Shown piece after piece: positions 39,860-52,500 of a stretch of 64,000 bases of DNA. How positions within the stretch are numbered: the first letter of the stretch is position 1; the number at the start of each line of letters is the position of its first letter. Source of the stretch: Amphiscolops sp. MND2022 (lineage: Eukaryota); contig OZ076409.1 of assembly GCA_964187785.1 (NCBI GenBank), positions 59,832,001-59,896,000 of the forward strand, read 5' to 3'. Both the position numbers and the translations under genes were made by a program. The notes under the pieces were generated by a model that did no database searches, was not told the DNA's origin, and saw only the letters and a list, made by a program, of their open reading frames with translations.

Positions 39860-40503
39860 TTAGTCGACGCTTTCAATAATAAAAGAACCCGACCATTACA
39901 GTCAATCGTTTTTTTTTCTTTTTTTTTAAGACAGACTAGAAGCGACGAACGTTAACGTTCAACTAAAGAAACTAAACGAACACCCGGGAAACGCATCTAA
40001 GTTATTCCAAAGGGTCCCCCCTTTGGTTTTTACTTTTTAAACGTAACCTACAAAACCGGACGGGACTAAAGGGTCCCCCTTTCGATTTTTTTCGGCACTG
40101 TGCGACTTTTTTTGTCTCCAAAGAGTCCCCCTTTTGGTTTGTTACTTTTTAAACGTAGCCTACAAAACCGGATGAGTGTAAAGGGTCCCCCTTTTTTACT
40201 TTTTCAAGGAAACTACAAACCGGACGTGCCTAAAGGGTCCTCCCTTTGGATTTTTTCGGCACTGTGCGACTTTTTTTCGAAAATTTTTTAATGTCCCCAA
40301 AGGGTCTCCCCTTCGAGTTTTTTGATATTTTGCAACTGAATGTATGTCAATAAATCCCAAAGGGTCCCCTTTTACATTTTTTGGCACTGTGCGACATTTT
40401 CCGAAAGAAAAAATTTCCAAAATTTCAAGTTTTTTTCAAAAAAATGTTTTGCGCTTTTTGAGTCTTAGATATAGCGCCGACTTTGGACGTTCCCGTCGTG
40501 TTT
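39860..40503. repeat. HINE-like repeat with AAAGGGTCCCCC minisatellite; related copies at about 26140-26531 and 32530-32921 (the Gypsy insertion target)
   Basis: Repeated aaagggtcccc / ttttcggcactgtgcgac units; terminus agatatagcgccgactttggacgttcccgtcgtgtt. Confidence 0.6.
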
Positions 40504-40611
40504 GTCTTTACTTAGACACCTTTACCTTAGACACCATTAACTCGTCGTAAAATTGCAATGTGAATTGGTTCGCGCGTTGCATGTAATTGGGTCGCTGCTA
40601 TTGGCCGTGCC

Positions 40612-41018
40612 TGTGACTATTCAAATCGTAGAATATTCAAAACGTCGAAAAAATTAGGGCTAATCAAATCGTCGAAAGAATTCTATGGCAGCGATTATTT
40701 TCAGCCTATTATTTGAAGAGGTAAGCATATTTGTTGTATGGGTCGGTCGCTTCGCTCCCTTTGCCAAGTAGCAACATTGGGGCATGGCCATATGGCACGT
40801 CGCTCCGCTTTGCTTCGCTCCTGCATTTAGGGCACTAGGGGTATGTGAGCATAGCTGATTACATTATCGTAATTAGTTCCTCGCTTGTGTTGTATTCATT
40901 TTATTGAATTCAATTGGCTCATTAAAAGACATTTTGGTCACGTGACTTTGACGAGTAGTATTTACTGCGTGTAAACGGCTTTCGACGCTTTGAATATTCT
41001 ACTATTTGAATCGTCCCC
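40612..41018. mobile_element. MITE with GACTATTCAAAT..AGAATATTCAAA arms and the shared core cassette
   Basis: About 36-bp inverted arms at 40615-40650 and 40980-41015; core 40722-40855 is the reverse complement of 13310-13440. Confidence 0.65.
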
Positions 41019-42617
41019 GCCTGGCGCTATACCAAGTAAACTGCACGCTGCAAGCGACGTGTTTGCGTCTGGTTTAGTGATTTAGTGAAGAGTCGCAAAA
41101 TAATTAATTTATTGTGTTTTCTAGAAACAATTATTTAAATACCGATTTGCAAAACAATAAATTATTGGAGTCTCAAAGCGTTAAAAATAAATTATTTATT
41201 AATATTATTGCAAATATTTGAAAATAACTTATTCTAACATCCCTGTACTGGCATCAATCGAGACGTGGAAATGTATCCTGTTGCTTTCGTCGACCTTGTT
41301 TCTCACTAATTGATGACGTGGCATTCAATGAAGCTCATTACTGTTTAATGATAAAATTGTTTTTGTTAACCCTGCCACTGATCATCTCGTTTATTCCATC
41401 ATTCGTTTCAAGGCATTAATCTTTGATTGAAATAAAATACTTTTTTTCTCTGAAAAACCAACGCGATGACGAAAATTGGAACAAAAGGGTTGCCTTTTAG
41501 TAGCTCGATCTCTTTTGATGATAAAATACTAATTGAAAAATATCTCTAGACGTTTACAAAAACCTTGTTATGATCAAAATATTCTCAAGCAATAAATGGT
41601 AACGAGAAAATTTTTAATCAAAAGCAGGTTTTCGTGTTAGTTTCATTTGGTGTTTTTCAATTACCTTTATGAACATCGCAAGAAAGGCAAACTATTGGAG
41701 ATTCGATTGAAAATAGATTAAATTTGTTCTTTAAAAAACTTCAAAAGACAGCAATTAAGATATCATTAAAAACCGAAATTGTTTTCAATAGTCTCAGATC
41801 AATTCATTGCCGAAAGTAGCTTTCTCAAAGCACTGAATCTTGTTAAAATTTGGAATAATACACTATAATGATTCTCGCAAGAAAGATTTTTTTAACCATT
41901 TTGTTAAATTGCTTGCAAAGGTCGAAGCTGATGAAAAAAATAAGACCTCAAGAAAACTTTTCAATTAGCATTTTGTTTTGGCGTCTAATTGTTATAGTCG
42001 ATTATCCAAGGTATGCCTCAGGTTAGTTGAGGAAATGAACAGTAACGCCCACATAGTAAAAGAGTAGTTTCGAAAAAGTATTTTTCAACCAAAAGTTTAG
42101 GACCTTGGATCAAAAGAGCAGCTGTTTACTTGGAAATTATTTGAAGAAATTTCTTCAAATATTAATTTAATCAAATAATTGATCAAAAAACATTGTTTTT
42201 ATTCGGCCGTTAAGAAAAAGAGGTACTCGAAAATTACTTCAATCTATCTATTTGACTAATACCCAACCCTTTCTCACTTTTTGTAATTCAATCATTTATG
42301 TGTCATATAATTCGCAAATCATTACTGGTGTTATCCCAGTGTTCGAAGCCATGGAACGCTTGCCATAATCATGATTAATTTTGCTAAATTATGGTTAACC
42401 ATTGTACCCTTGTCAAGATCATGTCATATCATGATACATGGAACGCTTGTCAAGATCAAGGCAAGATATTGACAAGATAACCATGGTTTGTAATGGTTCT
42501 TACCAAGGATATCATGTAAGAAGGTCGATTGAACCATTTTCAGTTGTTGACCGTGTCCCTAGTTGGAATTTACTATTTCTCTATTTGGAAGGCCAGCAGG
42601 CATGTCTATGAATGCAA

Positions 42618-45600
42618 GGAGACCGGGAATACCATGAAGACCTGAAATAACGTCTAAGGAATAACATCTAAATGCAAAACGGGAATAACGTCTAAAACGG
42701 CGAGCGGGAATAACGTCTAAAGCGGCGTGTAATTATCACTTTTTCCAGAAAAATGGAACAAAGTACCTTCAATTTTTTTCACATAACCCGTCCCCGACTG
42801 AGGACTCCAAGCCAACGGCTGCATGACGTGGTAATCGAGACAGTGGAAAAACTCCCTGAAACTATAATAATTGTTGACTGATAAATGCAGGAATGCCTAC
42901 TCAGCAATAACAAGCAATCCTTGTTACGGTGTTTTCTACATTACACAACTCTCCGAAAACGTTCCGTAAGACACCCACAGATCATTGAGCCAGAACAGAA
43001 TGAAATGAAAGACTATATCTCTGTCAGTTTTATTCCAAAAGAGGGGGAAACATCTCGCTCGAACGAGATGTAGCAAAGTTTACCCGGATCAGTATAACAC
43101 TGAGCACCGACAGAGTGAACATCTTCATGTACCGAAGGCTGACGTTAGGCGACTGGAACATAAATCCAGGACACGGGACTATGATTGATTCTCATTCGAC
43201 AGCACCAGTAATGAAATTAGAACGGGGAGAAATATCATCGGAAGCTACTTCAGTTACAGTTTAGCCGAGTGTGGTAGCCAATGTGGTGGAAACGGAAGGC
43301 AACGTTGTTGTGCCGGAATGAAGAAATACGTCTGAAATCCCAGAAGGAACAACTGCCGACGTGTCAGGTTGAGCTACTGAAAATCAAGATCTTTATTCAG
43401 GTAATCGGGTAAAACTAAAAGGCTGATCACTAAAACATTAGTTCAACGACCCATAGAAGTCAGAAAGATTTTACTAACTTGAAGCAACGAGCGCAACTTC
43501 CACATCCGAGTGAACAACGTCATCATCGGAGTAGTTGTAGTTTATCTCATTTCCACTAACAAAGCGTGCCACAGAAGCAGCAGTAGAACGAACAGTTTCC
43601 TCGACTCCCATTGAAAACAGCAGAAGTTTCTTCAAAACAACCTAATGGAAAAGAACAATTAAAAGAAAATGAATTCAAGAAAAATCATTTTGAAACAGTG
43701 ACGTCACGTAGACGTGATCCGTTCGGGAAGGAATTGATGACGTCATAACGACATAGCTGAAAAAGAAAACGAAGATAAGAAGAGAATGTTTTCCTTAATG
43801 TTTCGGCCAATCACAGCGCAGACGGAAGCGAAACGCTTTCAAAAATTAAGGCGAACCGGAACGAAGGAAGGAAATCAACCAATAGGAATTCTGTGAATGT
43901 ACTGACCTCAAAAGACGAATATCAGTAATCGGAAATTGAGAATCCTCGCTGATGTGAGAAAGAAATGAAACGACAAAACCCGCATATAGTCTTCGTTTCT
44001 TTCCGAGTGGTCCTTTCACAGCCCGCTCCCGGTTGTTATCGCTGTAAACGCGATTGTTTCGGTTAAATATACTGGTGTAAACTAATTGAAATGCTTTTTG
44101 TGACTTCATCAAGACAGTTACGCTAGCAGTACGTTATTATTAGGAATGATATTCTGACGTCACTAATTAGAAAATTGGAAAGATTTTCTAAAGCACAACG
44201 TAACGTCTCCGTCAACCGCTGTTCAGCTATAGCTAATCTTGATACGTACGGAGCGCTTACGGAGCAAATTGTAAAATTGTGAAGCTATACCTAATTTTAA
44301 TACGTACGGAGACGATACGGAGCGAACTATAAGATTGTAGCAGCCAAAGATGCAACGTAAGGGCAACGTCATATTATTGTATATTCTCATTTGAATGAAG
44401 TTTATACTAATGTTTTCATTGAGTGTTCTTCATTTATACTATGAAATCGAAGTTGTCAATCGAAGTAATAACGTGTTTATGTTACTAATCGATGTTCTGA
44501 TTAGCATATTCTCAAGTGTGGAATTTGTTGATCGAAAAATCTCCGTTGTTTTAGTATTTATGTGATTGTATCTTAAGCTTAGATATATTTGTGTCCTTCT
44601 ATGTTCGTGCTAATAATATTGGCAATAACTAGAATGTATTATTCCGGCATCATTCGTTCCTTTTCTTTCATCTGCTTTCAGATATTTCCTCTCTCGAAAT
44701 TATTTGCTCCGTTTTAGTTGCGTTGCCATTTTTGCTAGTCATACTTTTATCTTGAAAATTTGGATTCCCAACTTGAAAATTGACTAATTGATCACGCCGG
44801 CGTGCCTCCATCGATGGAAATATTGAGCAGACTTTTATTTTGCCGCCATTTGAAGACTAAACAGGAAATAGAATTGCCTGAACAAAAATGATTTCAACAA
44901 ATATTACGGAACAGCGACGCGACTAGGAATTTCTATAAATGAAATTTAGACGCCGGACTGAAATAATATCAAACAACTGGGTTTTTGTATGAACAAACCA
45001 GATTCTTATGATACCTAGGAATTTTTAGGTGAGGAACAAATGATGCTAGGAAGGTACAAGTATGTTGATTTTGTAAATTAATTCAGACAGTTATTAGTGA
45101 TCTTTGTTAAACTGTTTGTTACGTTCGTAAATGATTCTTCTTGAAAAATTCAAAACTGTTTGAAACATATTGTTTTTTATTATAAATGACAACCCGAAGT
45201 AAGAAGAGCCTGAAAAAATATTCATTGCACCTACATCAACCCCTATAAAAAACTAAAACCACTACCCAAAATAACACTCCGTTAGGTAGTCGTAACAGGC
45301 ATATTGTTCTGCAGACTATTGATGAATATGTAATTCAACAAATACATTGTAAGAACCTTCTATTATAGTTGTTGAATTCTTTGGAACAACTTCTAAAATT
45401 TTGTGAAGAAACGCGACTCAATTAAATGTTTTCATCTCCGGTATAGGAAAATGAGCGGAAAATTATTGATGAAATCTTGAAAAGAAATGCATACCTTTAT
45501 TTCACTTTGATACTATTGATACTAAAAAAATAGGAAAAAATGATAAAATTGCCAAGAATTTTGATGTAATATTAGAAAAAGTAGAAGGAAAAACTGCGTT

Positions 45601-46100
45601 TAGAAATATTCATATAAAACGAATGTTATCACACGTATGTTTCGCATCCATAACGAATGTGGGTTCTGTGAGTCATTAGATACTTTCGAACTATAAACAC
45701 ACAGAATTCAAGCTCCAAACTTGAAGCATTCACAAAAATTTCTGCTTCTGAATTGAAAAGCAATTCTGTGGGGCATCATAGAATTGTGGTTAGAGCTTGC
45801 CTTTGAAATGTTTGGTTAGACGGGAACCAAACAAGTGTGGCAGTTATACAAGATCATTTCGAGAACCTCAAATAAATTTTCAAAAGGAAAGGCTGAAGTC
45901 ATAATATCAGAATCCTTGATCTGCATATCACTCTACCTAAACTTCATGAACTTTGGAACTTAATCTCAAAGCTAAGTAGAAGATCATTTCGTTTTTGTTT
46001 GGACGTTTCACCAAACCGTTCGGGCTTGAACAAAATTTGTTTAGCACTGTCGAAAATGGAAAAAAAGTATTTTTTTAAGGTTGTTCTGGAGCGTTTCTCA
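42618..46100. mobile_element. Decayed multi-ORF, virus-like or large-DNA-transposon block of unknown class
   Basis: Terminal GGAATAACGTCTAA repeats (42645-42722); spliced minus-strand ORF from 43611; plus-strand ORF relics at 44760-45053, 45186-45425 and from 45426, the last two abutting as TAA-ATG; no hallmark gene recognised. Confidence 0.4.
43695..44165. promoter_or_regulatory. Putative bidirectional promoter: three CRE/ATF palindromes (TGACGTCA) and two CCAAT boxes
   Basis: TGACGTCA at 43699, 43738 and 44155; CCAAT at 43807 and 43879; lies between divergent ORF relics. Confidence 0.4.
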
Positions 46101-46543
46101 ACAAACAACACCTTTACTAGTTTTTGACTGAGTCTGGTTCATTTTCAGTCATGTCAGTAATTTCTAAAAAGTTTCAAGTATCTTCGTAAACTATTGTCCC
46201 ACGAAATTAGTTTTATGGTAGTTTAATACTATGAAAGAAAATCTAGACACACATACATAAAGTTGGAATATGGCCATTGAGGGTAAAAAACAGAAGATTT
46301 AGTGATTTTCAGTTCCCACATAAAAATATTAGCGGAAAATGAAAATATTGAGAAAGTTGAGTGAAAATGTTATATTTAGAATTGTCGAATTTTAGAACTA
46401 ATAGATACTTCGTCTGTCAAAAAAAACCACAAGTTTTGAGCTCATTAGAAAAGATACACAATGGTCATTGCAGTAATTTGAAACTTTGAGTTGACATATC
46501 AGCATGAATTTATTTTCAGATGGAGTTTTCTGACAAAGTTAAC

Positions 46544-49500
46544 TGTAACGATAAGCGCTGGCGCTTGAACCGCAACGTAGAGTGGAGGAACTAGAACAGC
46601 GAATATAATCTGGGACCTAGATCTCCGCGGCTCTAGCTCATTTTCCCTCCGAAGGAGCCAGTCCCAAGGTGGGGGAACCGTCTTGTAGGACGCTCTCTGG
46701 CCTGGTCCCAGTCTGTAACTGCTGAGAATAACGGGCATCCGTCTCGGCCCTTTGCCTGGGACCACCGTTTAGACAGCCTTTAAAAACAATGCCAAGAATA
46801 AACAGTGTAAATTTCCATCTTCCATCTGATATCGGAATAATATCTAAAATGGGGAATAAGATCTAAAATTGCACAAACCAGCGCTGGCGCTAGTTCAAAC
46901 GGCTAAATCCAGCAAAAATACATCAAAGCACACATCGGAATGGCAAACCACACAGCTAAAAAGCTGGGGCGCAGGGGCTCCAAGCACCAAACAAGGACAA
47001 TTAAGCGAAAAGACTCATTTTACCGGTTTCTGCTACATAGGGTAGCATAATGCTGAAAATCGATAAAACCGGTGTTAGCACCTCAAAAAGAGTCTATATT
47101 CGGATGTTCTTGCCGTCTCTGGCTTCTGTCATGGCGGCGCGCCCGTATTTTTGCTCGTTCTTGCTCTTTGTTGTCGAAGTACCTGCCAATTTCGTGGAAA
47201 CAGCGAAAAGAGCAATCACATGCTCAGTGCCACGTCACACATCGGATTAGAATTTTTGACAAAATTTCTGAACATGTCAAAGTTGCAAAATCGGTTGATA
47301 TTGCTGTACCAGAGCTTGCCGTTACATCACTACCCGGGCTTTATGCATGACGTCCCTGTCATGCGGAGAAGCTGGCATTGAAAACATCGCCACATCATGA
47401 GTGCAATCCACGGGGTCTCAAACTGGTGATGTTGCAAGGGTCCAGTGGCACTGTCATCTTTTGCTGATTGGACAACTGCTTGGGTCTTGCCATCCAGAGA
47501 ACCTGCATCGTCCAGAAACTGTTGAAACAGAGCTAGCTCGAGAGCTAGAAAACCAGTACTCAAAAATGCACTTTACAATTGATCAAATCCAAGATTCCAT
47601 ACATCAATCAAAAAAGCACCACTTTTTTAGCACGAGTTTTCTGCAAAAGTCTGAATAGGATACTGCTAGCACTTTGGTTTTGGACGTCTAAAATTTCTTT
47701 TGCGGAGCGCTCACGCTCCAGAGCGCACGTGGTTCTCAGCAAAACATCTTTTCCACGGCAATAAAACTTCAGTTTGCGTCACAGTTAAAAGTTCTTTTCG
47801 CTAAAACTTCTTTTCAGTAGGAAAACCACTGTTTGAAAGGAAAACAAGCTGTTTTTTGACACTTTGTGTTCACAGTTAAGCTTGGTTTGGGCAACACGCA
47901 CTGATGTGCAGCTCCATACTTGTATAGAGTTCAGTAGCATCTGTCAAGGAGCGCATCAGAAGCAAACTACGAACTGCTCGGAAGAGTACGCACTGGAGTA
48001 AAGCATACAAAGGTAGATCAAATCCTGCTATTTGCAGATCAAGAGCGCGCGCGCTCCTTATTTTTCCGGATATCACGTTGGAATCTGGAGGAAACTTCTG
48101 GAAATCTTGGAAAAAAAACAAAAATAGCACCTTTCGGGCGTAGCAATACATGTAGAGTTTTTCGGTTATTTATTGAATTAACAGAAGTATTTGAATTCAA
48201 ACATCTCAAATAAAACTAAAAACAAAAATGTCGCGACGTACGTATACATGACTACTAAAATTACGAAACAAAGTTGCAGAAAAAACTGCTCCAACAAGAA
48301 CATCACGCTGCGAGGTATCCATTACCAAACGTAGTGATATCCTCCGGGCGTTATCCAATTGAGTTGATGAATGTAGGGGTGTTTGTCTTCAACTGAGGCT
48401 CCCCGGGCCTTAGTTGACTCCCCGGGCCTTAATCGTTGAGCATCCTCTTTCACATGAGGATAGTGAGGAATGGACAAAATTGAATGCCTGACATAAAAAT
48501 GCAGAAGGACAAATTAAGCGTTGACGACACCTCCTCCCCCTTTGAAAAGAAGTGGAGTGTGGTTTGGACTGGATAGACATCACCATCCAATAGCAGCAGG
48601 ACGTGCAACAAGCATGAAGCATCAGGAAATCCGATAAAGAAAACTGTGGAGACTGGGTCTGTCTCAAGCCTGGAATAGTTGTTCGGAGGACGGCCACGCC
48701 TATGTCCCTTCGGTCGAAGCGACCATGGTAGAACTTGGCGTGGTGGACGGCCACGGCGACGTCCATCATAAAGGGACAAGAGAACTTTTTGCCATGAGTG
48801 CTCATAGTCTGTGCGCGGTGGTCGACCACGTCTATGACCAGTTGGTCGAGTTTTAGCAGAACCACCAGGCAACCAATTGATAAAGACTGGAGGGTCCACC
48901 TGAATAAAATCCTGTAGCCCACCTTTAGCAGAATGTGGCTCAAAGGAGTCTTTCAGCAAACTCGGTAGCAACCGCGTAGTTGATATTAGGGACTTTGTTC
49001 CAGGGAAGTGAGAGTTGCTTAAAGAATCCCGCGATAAGGAAGTGGAGGGTGAGATTGATATTCGTTCTATCTTCGTATCACTTGAGTAGAGGTTGCGCTC
49101 GCGCAATCCATTGTCACCGGCGTGATATTCAGGCAGAGTGTCAGCATTACACATGGTTGTGGTGTCCAAAGGTGTTGGGTCCACCCCCATGTCTTTTGTC
49201 GGCGGTGTCAATGGGTCTGATTCGACAGCGTCTGAATAATTTATATCGGCATTTCCGAGGTGTACCTGCACTTCTGCATTTATCAACTGCATTTGTGCTA
49301 GCGCTCGCGCTAGCAGTTTCTCCCTGCGAAGTGTGCTTTGTTCCAAAAAGGCTGATATCTCATCCATCTGCTGCTCCAGGGCCTCTAATTGTTGGTCCTG
49401 TTTCTGATAAAACTGAATACTGGCTTCATGGAGAGATCTTTTCGACGACGATACTGAACTAGGACTGGGAATCCTTATGCTCCTCTCCGGCTCGGTATTC

Positions 49501-52500
49501 TGAAAGTTAGATGGCATTGAGTCTAGAAAATTGGAGACAGGTTTGAAACTATCCTTCAAAGGCCAATCTTTCACGTTCAAATCCTCTAGCTTCGTCGATC
49601 GGTCATGTTCATCTACCATTTGGGATTCATTTTGAGGTTGAACATCCATTGGTAATGCTGCACGAACACTCTTTTGTGCTGCACGGACACTCCTTCCCCC
49701 TTTAAAAAAGGAACGGAGGCGGCGGGAGATCTTCCCATGTTTATTTTCAGCTTTAGAGGTTCCGAACTGCATCACTAGAACAACCTGTGTACCCAAGTTC
49801 AGTGTCAGGGTCAAAGCAAGAGAATTTCTAGCAATCACAGCGTGCTGAGAATTGCTCAACACTTTGCACGCTGCTCTGTGGGCCAGAAAATTTTGCTCTA
49901 GAGCAAATTGCTGCAGCCAAGTTGGATAGTGCGCACCAAACAGACAGTCGAGCGGTTTGTCGACCTCTCAACCTCAATGGATTTGGATGTGTTGTGACTA
50001 CCCGAAAGAGTTCTCTGCAAATTTGGCGTGATATTCGGCTCTGATGCTACTCGATACAGCGGAATAACACCAAAATGAGGCACCAGAGCGTTCAAAAAGG
50101 TGTCACACTCGGGCAATCCGGTCAAATTATTGTCACTAGGAAGTTGCTCCTCTCAAAATCTCGTGATTTTGGCTAAGTCGGAACACTCAGGGTATCTTTT
50201 GGATATCGGAAACCTTGCTCAAGGTAACTCCTAGAGATTTTCGTATGGAAAAATGTAGTCCAGAGTGCGTCGCAGGCACTTAAAACTGCTGCCTTGAACT
50301 GTTCAGGATCAAATTTCAAAGTTCCAGAGGAGTCCAAAATTTATGACCCCTGCCGGCAATTTTTTTGAACCGTAGGATTTGCCTCGTTTAAACCCAGGAA
50401 GGTCTACTGGGTCCGTTCCGTTGGAAAATGAAGGCTTTTTGGGTCTGCCTCTTGTACAGCGGAAGTATTGAGGATTTACATTGATTGTTTTTTGATGGAT
50501 TCTTGGGATTTTCGTTCAAAATGTGTGTCTGAACAGAGTCAAATTCAGTTTTATCAGTCGTACTGGGTAAAAAATGACACAGCACGTTTCGTCAGCCACA
50601 CAAGTCAGAAAAACATTCTTCCGTAGCTGATAATTGCCTCCAGCTCCAAGCTAGAGCCTTTTTCAACGATTTTTGGATTTTTCAACTTTTTTCGAAAATC
50701 ACTCAGATGGCTTTTACAAGTGCTGGAAACGTGGTATCGGGCTCAAAATTGATCACGCGATCACACGTATAGCCAGCTACACTACAGTAACAACCAATGA
50801 GAATTCAGACCACTGGGCAAGGTTTAGATCTGATACTGACGTTCCGTATCACCGTGTCTCGATTGACACGATTTTTTACATGCAATCAAAGACTCTCGTC
50901 CACAGTGCTGAGCTCTCGAGCTCACTTTTTTCAGCAACGGTGCACCAAATGACACTAATAAGAATAGTCCAGGGCAATGTAATCCCAACTTCCCAATAAG
51001 GTGCGCCGATAGTTCCAAAAAAATAATCCAATTCGTTACAATACACAGGATATCACAACTTCAAGTAACAAAATGCTATGATCCAGCAAGGCAGCCCACT
51101 CGATACTGATCAAATATCACACGCACAGCAATGAACTAACTGCTGGGAGTTCAAAATAGGGGTTTCCACAGGTTTTCAACACGTAGAAATGACTTTTTCT
51201 CACTTTCCCAGTTTTCGTCTCGGTGAGACCTCTAAGTGACACAATGAATATGCACGTCCGGGAAGAGTCGAAATTAGTTCCAAGGGTTGTAGCGTGCTGG
51301 AAGGTATACAGCACTTCCGGATTGATGCACTGACCCAAAAAGTGAGTCCAGAATCGGGGTATTAGGATCCAGTCACGGGTCAGAGGTTTTTCAGATATTT
51401 TTTGGGTTTTTCAGCTTCACTTTAAAAAAAACTCCAGAGGCTAGCGCTAACGCTAGAAACGCAGGATCGGCTTCAAAATCAACGACACAATCCCACGTAA
51501 ATTGCGATACACAGGAATAATAGCTGATTTGTGCTGAGATGACTAGGTGAATTTTCAACACAGTACAGACGTTCGGTATCACCGTGTTCCAATATGCAGT
51601 GTTCTTCACGTGTCAACTCAGATTCCGGCAAACTGCAAAAAGCTCTCAAGCTCGTTTTTTCGGCAACAATACGATAAACTTGCACTGGTTACGGTAGTGG
51701 GCAGCAATTTGGCCCCACTCTTTGAATAAGGTGTTCAGGCAATCCCACAAGACTTCGTAGAATTCGCCTTCTTGCGCACCTTCTTGTGCAGTTTGTTTTA
51801 GTCAATTTCTCAACAGATATAGTAGCAATTGACACCAAACTTGGCAGACGCTGTCAGTAGGCACCAACCACGCTGTTAGAGTAGTGAAATAGACGGTGGT
51901 AGTCTTGCAGGGGGTCTTCTCAAGGATTTGGACCTCTGCTCGTCTCGGTGAGGACTTGAGAAAATTGATGTTTTTTCAACGTCCAAGACTTCTCAAAACA
52001 CGTTTTAAGGCTCGTAGGCTGTGCAAATTTGCACAGCGCTTTTCCACAAGCACACTGGGCCAGAAAATTAACCTGGTTTGGGGCAAGAAGTCTCCAGTCA
52101 CCCACAGGAAGAATTTCACAGAATTTTTAGATTTTCCAAAATTCGCACAATAACACTCAAGAGGATCGTGTGTGCGCTGGAAGCGCTGTATCAAGCCCAA
52201 AATTGACCAGCAGATCTTAGGTACACGTAGGTTTACGAAAGTGAACACACTTTTGAGCTGCGCCCCTTCTACACAGTTTCACCTGGGTACAGACGTGCGG
52301 TACCACTATGTACCGAAATACACTGTTTTTCACGTCTTTTTCAAGATTGCGGTCCACTGGAAAGAGCTAGCAAGCTCAAATTCTCTGCAGCAACGTAGAA
52401 ACTAGCACAAGTTACAATGATTGGCTGCAATATAGCCCCACCCGTCGGCTAAGGTGCCCGCGTTACTCGGAAAAATTAAGAAAAAACTGCCTTTTTGCGC

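Noticed and set aside
39990..40400. Regularly spaced AAAGGGTCCCC repeats resembling a CRISPR array
   Set aside because: Eukaryotic context, spacers are themselves repetitive and of uneven length, and there are no cas genes; it is a minisatellite inside a TE.
46499..47381. ORFs within the 783-bp LTRs (repeated at 54352-55189)
   Set aside because: Short, overlapping in several frames, no recognisable domain; repeated only because the LTR is.
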